64,000 nucleotides of DNA, taken from Nitrospirota bacterium. GTDB taxonomy: Bacteria > Nitrospirota > UBA9217. Shown here in pieces: positions 38,473 to 46,956 of the stretch; position 1 is the first letter of the stretch; every line of letters begins with the position of its first letter. Both the position numbers and the translations under genes were made by a program. Location of the stretch: assembly GCA_963840455.1 (NCBI GenBank), contig CAWIYV010000010.1:320001-384000 (forward strand), written 5' to 3'. The notes under the pieces were generated by a model. The model worked only from the letters and a program-made list of their open reading frames with translations, was not told the DNA's origin and made no database searches.

Positions 38473-38824
38473 CGTCGCGGGCGCTTTTGCCTTGCATCGA
38501 GCGGGGGCAAGTTCCAGCTTGGCGTAGGACTCAGACGACCATGGTCGGGTTTACCGGCATCCGGCGCGTCGCCGCCTCGATGCATTTCCATGCATCGAGA
38601 TAGTTCCTGGTATCCCCGACCTCATCCGCTTCCGGGTACACGGGAACGCCGAACTCCTCCCCGACTGCCGCGATCAAGATCCCTGCCCTCTTGCTGATAG
38701 CCGCACAGTCGCTCTTCTATAATTATGGAGGTCTCTTTGCTGATAATCTTGTACGGTTTTCCCCCGGATAGACAACTAGCTCGGCTTGCTGCTCAAACCG
38801 CCTGCTTTTTCGGGACAATTCGGT

Positions 38825-38853
38825 TTGACAGCCTTCCAGAGTAGCGATACACT
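38825..38853 (+). promoter_or_regulatory. Sigma70-like promoter for usp
   Basis: TTGACA-17 nt-TACACT. Confidence 0.65.
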
Positions 38854-38887
38854 TGAGGTGCAGGAACCCATCATCAAGGAGGCTTCT

Positions 38888-39349
38888 ATGCAAATCAAGA
38901 CCATCCTTTTCCCGACCGATTTTTCTCAGGGCGCACGGGCGGCCATGGACTACGCCATCTCCTTGGCCCAGGACTACAAGGCAAAGCTCATCCTGCTCTA
39001 TGTCATCCAGGATATCAGCATCGCTGAGTGGTATATCCCTTCATCGATATCCGCGGCAGACCTTGTGGAGGACATGCAGAAGAGCGCCACGAAAGAGATG
39101 GACAAATGGGCGGGTGAGGCCGCGGTGAAGGTGAAGGATGTGGAGCGGGCGGTCGTGCGGGGCGTGCCGTTCGTGGAGATCATCAGGACCGCGAAGGACA
39201 AGAACGCGGACATGATCGTCATCGGGACCCACGGCAGGACCGGCATCGACCACATGCTCTTCGGCAGCACGGCGGAGAAGGTCGTCCGCAAGTCGTCCTG
39301 CCCGGTCTTGACCGTAAGAATGGCGGGCCGGGAGTTCAAGATGGTGTAG
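38888..39349 (+). CDS. Universal stress protein
   Basis: ILFPTDFS, MIVIGTHGRTG, FGSTAEKVVRKSSCPVLTV; AAGGAGG RBS before ATG 38888. Confidence 0.95.
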   Translation: MQIKTILFPTDFSQGARAAMDYAISLAQDYKAKLILLYVIQDISIAEWYIPSSISAADLVEDMQKSATKEMDKWAGEAAVKVKDVERAVVRGVPFVEIIRTAKDKNADMIVIGTHGRTGIDHMLFGSTAEKVVRKSSCPVLTVRMAGREFKMV

Positions 39350-39419
39350 GGAGGACCGGCGCAGGGATCCTTCGGCGATACGTCGCTCGGCACAGGCCTC
39401 GGAGGCAGGGAGAAACACC

Positions 39420-39445
39420 AAGGGCTGACAAAAGCGTCAGCCCTT
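39420..39445. terminator. Hairpin between convergent usp and bacterioferritin-like genes
   Basis: AAGGGCTGAC-AAAAGC-GTCAGCCCTT 10-bp stem. Confidence 0.6.
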
Positions 39446-39467
39446 GGTGTTTGACCAAATTGTTGTC

Positions 39468-39893
39468 TTACTGTCCCAAAAGCGTGGTGAATGTATCGTG
39501 GTGGCGCTCCTCGTCGGAGAGGATCTGCTCGAACAGGAGCCTCGTTGTCTCGTCCTTCTCGGTGATCGCCTGCTTGATGATGTCCTTATACAAGGTGATC
39601 GCTTCTTCCTCGGCCTGCACGTCGGCCTTCAGCATCTGCTCTGCAGTTCCACCCTTGGCAATGGGATTCGGCTTGGTGGTGGGGGCGACATCGAAGTAAA
39701 AGAGCCGCTCGGCGATCTTCTCGGCATGTTTCATCTCCTCCACGGCGATGTCCTCGAACACATCCATGAGCGAGGCGGAGTTAAGCCCCTTCACCATGAT
39801 GTGATGCCACATATACTGCACGATGGCCTGGAGCTCCCCGGCGATCGCCTGGTTCATCATTTCCGTCAGCTTTGGACTCGCTTTCTGTACCAT
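39468..39893 (-). CDS. Bacterioferritin-like / ferritin-like diiron protein
   Basis: ELQAIVQY, EEMKHA (putative heme Met retained), EEEAITLY, DEERH; GAAGGAG RBS before ATG 39893. Confidence 0.85.
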   Translation of the reverse strand: MVQKASPKLTEMMNQAIAGELQAIVQYMWHHIMVKGLNSASLMDVFEDIAVEEMKHAEKIAERLFYFDVAPTTKPNPIAKGGTAEQMLKADVQAEEEAITLYKDIIKQAITEKDETTRLLFEQILSDEERHHDTFTTLLGQ

Positions 39894-40046
39894 ATTGATC
39901 TCCTTCATATACCTGAATTTGATGGGTTAGGCCAATGTTAGCATAGAACCCGGCACTTTTCAACCCGCAGAGGGTGAGTTTCCTGTTGCCTTCCCCGAAA
40001 GGTTTGCACTATAATGCGCCCACAAAAAACGTAAGGAGCTTATACT

Positions 40047-41987
40047 ATGGGCAAGAACATCGTCACAAAAATATTGGAATCGCATCTCGTGGAAGGCAAA
40101 CTCGAGCCGGGGACCGAGATCTCCATCCGCATCGACCAGACGCTGACCCAGGATGCCACCGGCACCATGGCCTACCTCCAGTTCGAGGCCATGGGCGTGC
40201 CGCGCGTCAGGACCGAGCTTTCAGTGAGCTATGTTGACCACAACACCCTGCAGGACGGATATGAGAATGCTGACGACCACCGCTACCTGCAGACCGTGGC
40301 CGCGAAATACGGCGTCTATTACTCCAAGGCCGGGAACGGCATCTGCCACCAGGTGCACCTGGAGCGCTTCAGCAGGCCGGGCAGGACCCTCCTGGGCTCC
40401 GACTCCCACACACCCACGGGCGGCGGTATCGGGATGCTGGCCATTGGCGCGGGGGGGCTCGATGTCGCCGTTGCCATGGGCGGCGGGCCGTTCTACATGA
40501 CCTGTCCGAAGGTCGCGAAGGTAAACCTGACGGGAAAGCTCCAGCCTTGGGTATCGGCAAAGGATGTGATCCTCGCCCTGCTCGAGACCATGACCACCAG
40601 GGGGAACGTGGGCACGGTACTAGAATACGGGGGCGACGGCGTAAAGACCCTCTCGGTCCCTGAACGCGCGACCATCACGAACATGGGCGCAGAGCTCGGT
40701 GTCACCACCTCGATCTTCCCGAGCGATGAGATCACCCGCCGGTTCCTCACGGCCCAGCGGCGCGGGGACCAGTGGGCAGGTTTTTCCGCAGATCCCGACG
40801 CGACCTACGACCGGGTGATCGACCTGGACCTCGGAAGTATCGTACCGCGCATGGCAAGGCCTCACTCGCCGGACAACATCGCGACGGTGAAGGAACTGGC
40901 AGGAACGAAGGTCGACCAGGTGATGATCGGTTCCTGCACCAACTCCTCGTACCGGGACCTGATGACGGTCGCATCCCTGCTGAAGGGGAAAAAGGTCCAG
41001 CGTGATGTAAGCTTCGGCGTGGCCCCGGGCTCGCGGCAGGTGCTCGAAATGATCGCGCAGAACGGCGTCCTCGCAGACATTGTCACGTCCGGCGCGCGCA
41101 TCCTTGAGTCCACCTGCGGGTTCTGCATCGGCGCAGGACAGGCGCCCAGGACCGACGCGGTCTCTATCCGCACGAACAACCGGAACTTCGAAGGGCGTTC
41201 AGGAACCAAGAGCGCAAAGGTCTATCTTGCCAGCCCCGAGACGGCTGTCGCCGCCGCACTCACCGGCGTCATCACCGACCCCCGCGACCTGGGGATCCCC
41301 TGCCCGGCAATCGAAATGCCTGTCGAGTTCTGGATCGATGACAGCATGGTCCTTTCCCCGTCTGATGCGCCTGACACCGTGACCGTAGACCGCGGCCCGA
41401 ACATCGGCGATCCGCCGAAGGCAGAGCCGCTACCCGACGTCATCAAGGGTGTGGTTGCGATCAAAGTGGGCGACAAGATCACCACCGACCACATCATGCC
41501 GGCGGGGTCGAGGCTTAAGTACCGGTCCAATATCCCGAAGTACGCCCAGTTCGTTTTCGAGGGGGTCGATGCGCAGTTCTCGAAGAGGGCGCTCGAGAAC
41601 AAGAACGCTGGCATCCACAATATCGTCGTGGCGGGCTCGAGCTATGGCCAGGGGTCAAGCCGCGAGCACGCGGCCATATGCCCCATGTTCCTGGGCGTCC
41701 GGGCCGTGATCGCAAAGTCCTTCGAACGCATCCACGCCGCGAACTTGATCAATTTCGGCATCCTTCCGCTCACCTTCGCGAACGAGCCGGACTACGCTGT
41801 GCTTGGCGCAGGGAGCGACATCGAGATCGTGGGCATCTTGACCGCACTGAGAACCGGTTCAGACCTGTCGCTTGTTGATCGGACCTCGAAAAAGCGCATC
41901 CCGCTGAAATGCTCATTAAGCGCACGGCAGAGGGAGATCCTGTTGGCCGGCGGCATGCTGAACTTCACAAGAATGAAGGCGACGTAG
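40047..41987 (+). CDS. Aconitate hydratase (short, Aquifex/archaeal-type)
   Basis: GICHQVH, GSDSHT, IGSCTNSS, CGFCIG, NRNFEGR, YGQGSSREHA; upstream TTGCCT-18-TATAAT. Confidence 0.92.
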   Translation: MGKNIVTKILESHLVEGKLEPGTEISIRIDQTLTQDATGTMAYLQFEAMGVPRVRTELSVSYVDHNTLQDGYENADDHRYLQTVAAKYGVYYSKAGNGICHQVHLERFSRPGRTLLGSDSHTPTGGGIGMLAIGAGGLDVAVAMGGGPFYMTCPKVAKVNLTGKLQPWVSAKDVILALLETMTTRGNVGTVLEYGGDGVKTLSVPERATITNMGAELGVTTSIFPSDEITRRFLTAQRRGDQWAGFSADPDATYDRVIDLDLGSIVPRMARPHSPDNIATVKELAGTKVDQVMIGSCTNSSYRDLMTVASLLKGKKVQRDVSFGVAPGSRQVLEMIAQNGVLADIVTSGARILESTCGFCIGAGQAPRTDAVSIRTNNRNFEGRSGTKSAKVYLASPETAVAAALTGVITDPRDLGIPCPAIEMPVEFWIDDSMVLSPSDAPDTVTVDRGPNIGDPPKAEPLPDVIKGVVAIKVGDKITTDHIMPAGSRLKYRSNIPKYAQFVFEGVDAQFSKRALENKNAGIHNIVVAGSSYGQGSSREHAAICPMFLGVRAVIAKSFERIHAANLINFGILPLTFANEPDYAVLGAGSDIEIVGILTALRTGSDLSLVDRTSKKRIPLKCSLSARQREILLAGGMLNFTRMKAT

Positions 41988-42019
41988 GATTTGATCTCAT
42001 AGTATATATAGTAGGAATG

Positions 42020-42058
42020 ACAGAGGCCGCATTCTTTTGAGAATGCGGCCTCTGTTTA
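42020..42058. terminator. Intrinsic terminator hairpin after aconitase
   Basis: ACAGAGGCCGCATTCT-TTTG-AGAATGCGGCCTCTGT followed by TT. Confidence 0.8.
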
Positions 42059-42083
42059 TATCTCCTTGACTGGTCACTTCCGC

Positions 42084-42131
42084 TGGATCCAGGATCGCGC
42101 GCTTACCCTGCAGCTTGCTGCAGGAGCTTCA
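42084..42131. repeat. Modular hairpin repeat, short copy (B)
   Basis: TGGATCCAGG...CCCTGCAGCTTGCTGCAGGAGCTTCA. Confidence 0.75.
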
Positions 42132-42180
42132 GCAAGACCCTGCGGTTCTTAAGACAAAACAGAGATCTGGCAGGCAGCGG

Positions 42181-42579
42181 TCATATTCTCTCTCTGCACA
42201 TGGGGTGACCGCACCCGCACTTCATCCCGCCGCTGTGCGGAGACTCTCCATAGTCCACGGTTATCTCTTCGCCCGTCCTGATGTCCCGCCGTGCATACAC
42301 CTCGACCCGGTGCCGGAAGATACGCAGGAAGGCATTCGATCGGCAGGAGTGGTTCAGAAGACGGAGGGTGTTTCCTTTCGTGCAGTCGATGGCGTGGGTT
42401 TCGTTCAGGTCGATGAGGCAGAGCCTGCAGCCACCCCGGGCGCGCCTTCGGGCCGTGCGGATGGATATGATGTCGCCGGTGATCTCGCCGATCTTTGCCC
42501 GTCGCGGTATCTGGACAGCCGCGAACACGCCGGTCCCTTCGATCGGACTTGGCGCGCACCTCACCTGGTACTTGATCAT
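42181..42579 (-). CDS. SET-domain protein-lysine methyltransferase with post-SET motif
   Basis: GTGVFA, LNHSCRSN, GEEITVDYG, CGCGHPMC. Confidence 0.9.
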   Translation of the reverse strand: MIKYQVRCAPSPIEGTGVFAAVQIPRRAKIGEITGDIISIRTARRRARGGCRLCLIDLNETHAIDCTKGNTLRLLNHSCRSNAFLRIFRHRVEVYARRDIRTGEEITVDYGESPHSGGMKCGCGHPMCRERI

Positions 42580-42586
42580 GGTCGGA

Positions 42587-43612
42587 TCACAGCTTGACTT
42601 CGCGCAGGTATTTCGCGGCGTCCTCGGGAGGCGTTGGATTGATGTAGAAACCCGACCCCCACTCGAATCCGGCGACGCGGGTCAGCCGCGGCATGATCTC
42701 CAGGTGCCAGTGGAAGTCATCGTTCAGAGTGTGCCAGTGGCCGCGGCGCGGAACGCGGTTCGGCGCGGTATAGAGGATATAATTGTAGGGCGGGTTGTCC
42801 AGCACCTTCCCGAGGCGCTGGAGCGTGTTCCGCAGCGTACGGGAGAAGTCCATCATCTCTTCCTTGGTGATGTCCGCGTAGGCGCAGGAATGCTTCTTCG
42901 GATAGACCCACACTTCGAAGGGGAACCGTGCTGCAAAGGGGGTGAAGACCAGGAAGTGGCGCGTCTCCTCGACCAGCCTCGCGGCGTCCGACAGCTCCTG
43001 GCGGATGATGTCGCAGAAGATGCAGCGCTCCTTGTAATCGTAGTACGATTTGGCCCCGTCCAGCTTCTCCTTGACGCGCTTGGGAATGACCGGCGTAGCG
43101 ATGATCTGCGAGTGGGTGTGATTTAAAGCAGAGCCGGCGGCAAAGCCCTGGTTCTTGAGGATCAGCACGTACCGCAGACGCTCGTCGCGCTCGAGGTCAA
43201 GGATGCGGTCACGGTAGGACCACAGAACCCTCTCCACCTGGCTTTCCGGCAGGTCCTCGAGGCGCTGGGCGTGCTCCGGCGTCTCGATGATAATCTCGTG
43301 GGCGCCAATGCCGTTCATCCAGTCGTAGATGCCGCTGCCCTCGCGCTCGAGGTTGCCTTCGACGTGGAGGACGGGGAACTTGCTCGGGATAACGCGGACC
43401 CACCAGCCCTCTTTGTTGGGCTGCGTCTTCTCAGCACGGAAGGAAGCGATCTCGGGCGGTGTTTTGGATTCGTTGCCGCTGCAAAAGGGGCACTCCGCAG
43501 GCGTTACATCGTCTTCGGGCTCTTCGGTGTGATAGTCCTGGGGTTTTTTCGGCCGCTCTGTGGAAATGATGATCCAGCGGCCGACGATAGGGTCCTTGCG
43601 CAAACGTGACAT
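42587..43612 (-). CDS. galT: Galactose-1-phosphate uridylyltransferase-like (GalT/HIT family)
   Basis: LRKDPIVGRW, CPFC, HTHSQ (HxHxQ), HWHLEIMPRL. Confidence 0.88.
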   Translation of the reverse strand: MSRLRKDPIVGRWIIISTERPKKPQDYHTEEPEDDVTPAECPFCSGNESKTPPEIASFRAEKTQPNKEGWWVRVIPSKFPVLHVEGNLEREGSGIYDWMNGIGAHEIIIETPEHAQRLEDLPESQVERVLWSYRDRILDLERDERLRYVLILKNQGFAAGSALNHTHSQIIATPVIPKRVKEKLDGAKSYYDYKERCIFCDIIRQELSDAARLVEETRHFLVFTPFAARFPFEVWVYPKKHSCAYADITKEEMMDFSRTLRNTLQRLGKVLDNPPYNYILYTAPNRVPRRGHWHTLNDDFHWHLEIMPRLTRVAGFEWGSGFYINPTPPEDAAKYLREVKL

Positions 43613-43989
43613 CAGATACCCGGTTTGGCCTTCCGCTCGGTCAGGACCTTGTGGACGATCCGTTTGAGCTCCTTGATGCGGATGGGCTTGTTGATGTATT
43701 CGGCGGCGCCGAGGCTCATGGCTTTGAGGTAGGATTCAACCTCGCCGTAGGCGGTCACCATGATGACGTCGGCCTTTGAGCCGGTCTTGCGGATCTCCTG
43801 CAGCAGCTGGAGCCCGTCCATCCCTGGCATCTTGATATCCGTCACCACAAGGTCGAAAGGAGCGGTTTTGAACCGGGTGAGGCCGTCCTCCCCGTTGATG
43901 GCAAGAGTGACCTCGTAGCCTTCGTCGGTCAGGATCGTGTTAAAAAGCTCACGAGCTCCCTCTTCATCGTCAACAACAAGGATTTTCAT
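43612..43989 (-). CDS. Single-domain response regulator
   Basis: LVVDDE, TDIKMPGMDG, VTAYG, KP. Confidence 0.92.
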   Translation of the reverse strand: MKILVVDDEEGARELFNTILTDEGYEVTLAINGEDGLTRFKTAPFDLVVTDIKMPGMDGLQLLQEIRKTGSKADVIMVTAYGEVESYLKAMSLGAAEYINKPIRIKELKRIVHKVLTERKAKPGI

Positions 43990-44005
43990 CGATTCTCCCG
44001 CATAG

Positions 44006-44031
44006 TTATGATATTGAAATAAATATCATAA
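44006..44031. promoter_or_regulatory. Candidate operator palindrome upstream of RR-galT-SET
   Basis: TTATGATATT-6 nt-AATATCATAA perfect 10-bp inverted repeat. Confidence 0.5.
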
Positions 44032-44121
44032 AAAACCCCAACCGTCAAGGTAAGGGCCGGGAAATCAACAGATCCTCACCGCCAAGTCGCGAATCTGCTG
44101 CCGGCAAAGCCCCTTGTAATA

Positions 44122-44886
44122 TCAACTGTTTCCTTCGTACAAGAGCCGGAGCCCCTGGAGCGTAAGGTCCGGTCTTACTTCGTTGATGGTCTTTGTTTCA
44201 GGCGCGACCAGTTCGGCCAGTCCGCCGGTGGCGATCACCATCGCGTCCGTTCCCAGCTCTTTCTTCATCCGCTCCACGATCCCGTCCACAAGCCCTGCAT
44301 ACCCGAAGAGGATCCCCGCCTGCATGGCGCTGACCGTGTCCCGGCCGATGACCGTGCGCGGCCGGACGAGCTCGACGCGCGGCAGCTTTGCCGCCCGCTG
44401 GTACAGCGCTTCTGCTGATATCTTCACACCGGGCGTGATGGCGCCGCCCAGGTATTCACCATTCTTCGTAACGGCGCAGAACGTTGTGGCCGTCCCGAAA
44501 TCCACGATGATCAGCGGTCCGCCGAAGAGCTTGTACGCCGCCGCCGCGTTTACGATGCGGTCCGCGCCGATCTCCCGGGGATTATCGTATTTAAGCACGA
44601 TCCCCGTCCTGGTCTCGCTGGTCACCACCAGGGGCTCGAGCTTGAAATACTTTCGGCACATTTCGCTCATGATGGGAAGGAGGGGAGGCACCACGCTCGA
44701 GATGATCACCCCGTCGATCTGTTTGAACTCGATGCCTGCGAATCCGAACAGGTCCTTGATGATCATGGCATACTCGTCCGCCGTTATGGAAGCCTTGGTC
44801 CCGATGCGCCAGCTCTCGCGCAGACGTACCCCATCGAACACGCCGAGCACTACGTTCGAGTTGCCTATGTCGATGGCAAGAAGCAT
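44122..44886 (-). CDS. coaX: Type III pantothenate kinase
   Basis: IDIGNS, IGADR, VDFGTATT, ATGG. Confidence 0.96.
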   Translation of the reverse strand: MLLAIDIGNSNVVLGVFDGVRLRESWRIGTKASITADEYAMIIKDLFGFAGIEFKQIDGVIISSVVPPLLPIMSEMCRKYFKLEPLVVTSETRTGIVLKYDNPREIGADRIVNAAAAYKLFGGPLIIVDFGTATTFCAVTKNGEYLGGAITPGVKISAEALYQRAAKLPRVELVRPRTVIGRDTVSAMQAGILFGYAGLVDGIVERMKKELGTDAMVIATGGLAELVAPETKTINEVRPDLTLQGLRLLYEGNS

Positions 44887-44976
44887 CTTCCCTCCAAAAC
44901 GATCAAGGTCAAGGGGCCGGGGTCAAGGGTGAGCAGGTTGTGGCTTATCCTGGACCCTTGCTGCTGGACCGGGACC

Positions 44977-45948
44977 CTATGTTTTCACGATCGTCACATC
45001 CCCCGCTGCGACTTGTTGTCGCCTACCATCGTCAAGCTCCACGATGAGCCGGCCCTCTGCATCCACGCCGCAGGCAAGCCCCTCCAGCCTTGTACCTGTT
45101 CCGCTGACCGTCACGCGGTTCCCGAGGGTAACGTTCAGTCCTTCCCACGCCTTAAGCACCTCAGCATCGTCCTTGAGGAAGCGCTGATACCAGTTGTCAA
45201 GCCCGGCCAGCAGCTCTCTTACGAAAGAGGTCCGGTCAATGGGAGCGCCCGTTTCGGCGGCAAGGGTCGTTGCTGTCCTCCGCACGTCAGGCGGCAGTTC
45301 CCGCGCGTCCATGTTCACATTCACGCCGATGCCAAGCACAATGTGCCTGATCCGGTCCGGCTCGGCGCTCATCTCGGTGAGCAGGCCGGCGATCTTTTTT
45401 CCGGAGACCAGGACATCGTTCGGCCACTTGATCCCTGCCGGGACTTTGAGATGCTCCCGGACCGCGGCGGCAAGGGCCACCGCTCCCATGAGCGTTATGA
45501 GCGGCGCCTTGTGTACGGGAACTGCTGGCCGAAGAATGACGCTCAGGTACAGGTTGCCTCGCGGCGATACCCACGTCCGGCCCAGCCTGCCCTTTCCCCC
45601 CGTCTGGGTCTCGGTGATCACGACCGTCCCGTCCAGGGCACCTTTCTGCGCAAGGTCCATGGCAAGGGTGTTCGTCGAACCGATCACGGCATGATGAACG
45701 ATCTCTCTGCCGACGGTCCTGGTCCTCAGTCGCCGCTTCACGTCGCTGATGACGATGACATCGGGCGCCGTTGTCAGGCGGTATCCTTTTGAGGGGATGG
45801 CTTCAATACGATATCCTTCTCGTTCAAGGGCCTTGATATGCTTCCAGACCGCCGTGCGGGATACGCCCATCGATGCTGCCAGGTCTGCGCCGGACACGAA
45901 CCCGGACCGGGTGGCGCGAAGCAAGAGAAGGATATCGTCTTTGTTCAT
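44977..45948 (-). CDS. birA: Bifunctional biotin ligase / repressor
   Basis: N-terminal HTH (VSRTAVWKHI), QTGGKGRLGRTW, KWPND. Confidence 0.96.
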   Translation of the reverse strand: MNKDDILLLLRATRSGFVSGADLAASMGVSRTAVWKHIKALEREGYRIEAIPSKGYRLTTAPDVIVISDVKRRLRTRTVGREIVHHAVIGSTNTLAMDLAQKGALDGTVVITETQTGGKGRLGRTWVSPRGNLYLSVILRPAVPVHKAPLITLMGAVALAAAVREHLKVPAGIKWPNDVLVSGKKIAGLLTEMSAEPDRIRHIVLGIGVNVNMDARELPPDVRRTATTLAAETGAPIDRTSFVRELLAGLDNWYQRFLKDDAEVLKAWEGLNVTLGNRVTVSGTGTRLEGLACGVDAEGRLIVELDDGRRQQVAAGDVTIVKT

Positions 45949-45953
45949 CGTAG

Positions 45954-46000
45954 TGAAGCTCCCTGCAGCGAGCTGCGGGGAATGCGCGCTCCTGGATCCA
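45954..46000. repeat. Modular hairpin repeat, short copy (C), inverted
   Basis: TGAAGCTCCCTGCAGCGAGCTGCGGGGAATGCGCGCTCCTGGATCCA. Confidence 0.85.
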
Positions 46001-46060
46001 GCCCATGGCCGGACAACGCCTGTCGAACATCATGACCGCAATAACGGTCCTCAGGATCCT

Positions 46061-46888
46061 TTATTTTATTTTCATGCTGATATCAGCGGCAGGGGCGGAG
46101 TGGGTCAGGCTTCCGGACGAAATGAAATCGACGCCGGTCTCCCCTATCTCCTTCACCGTATCGAGGGTGACGTTGCCCGATGCTTCCACCAGAACGCGGC
46201 CGCCCACGATGTTCACCGCCTGTTTCATGAGATTCGGCGGCATATTATCGAGCAGGAGCATCGTGGCACCGGCCGCCAGGGCCTCGCGGACCTCGTCCAA
46301 TGTCTTCACCTCAACCTCGATCTTCAGGAGCGGATGAACCTTCTTCCGTATGTCAGCCATGGCCTTGATGATGCCGCCGGCCGCCGCGATGTGGTTGTCC
46401 TTGACCAGTATGCCATCGTACAGCCCGAAGCGGTGGTTCCTGCCGCCGCCCATGCGCACTGCGTATTTTTCCAGCGCCCTCAGCCCGGGGAGGGTCTTTC
46501 GGGTGTCCAGGATCTCGGCGCGGGAGCCCTTCAGGACCTCGACGAACCTTGCCGTATGCGTCGCGATGCCCGATAGATGTTGCATCACGTTCAAGGCGAC
46601 ACGCTCACCCGCCAAAAGCGCCCGTGTTTTTCCTTGGACCTGGGCGATGATGGACCCGGACAGCACCCGGCTCCCATCGTGGGCGAGCGGTGTGAACTGG
46701 ACCCAGGGATCGAGCTTCCGGAAGACCTCGCGGGCGACGAGGATGCCGGCCAGCACCAGGTCCTGTTTCGCGATGATCTCGGCCGTGGCCGAGGCCTCCT
46801 CCGGGATCACCGCCTCCGAGGTGATGTCCCCCGGACCGATGTCCTCAAAGAGGGCCTCTTCGATCAGTTTTCTTATGAGATGTTCCAT
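46061..46888 (-). CDS. nadC: Quinolinate phosphoribosyltransferase
   Basis: DTRKTLPG, NHRFGL, KDNH, LLDNM, EASGN. Confidence 0.96.
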   Translation of the reverse strand: MEHLIRKLIEEALFEDIGPGDITSEAVIPEEASATAEIIAKQDLVLAGILVAREVFRKLDPWVQFTPLAHDGSRVLSGSIIAQVQGKTRALLAGERVALNVMQHLSGIATHTARFVEVLKGSRAEILDTRKTLPGLRALEKYAVRMGGGRNHRFGLYDGILVKDNHIAAAGGIIKAMADIRKKVHPLLKIEVEVKTLDEVREALAAGATMLLLDNMPPNLMKQAVNIVGGRVLVEASGNVTLDTVKEIGETGVDFISSGSLTHSAPAADISMKIK

Positions 46889-46956
46889 GTTCGTGCATCA
46901 CCTCGATAGGTATTTTTCAACGGACCGACCGCAGCCGGCATGCTACCGTTCGCGCA

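Noticed and set aside
38531-38715. Short minus-strand open frame (…LIAAVGEEFGVPVYPEADEVG…) next to repeat copy A
   Set aside because: No ATG start with RBS and no recognisable motif; at most a remnant.
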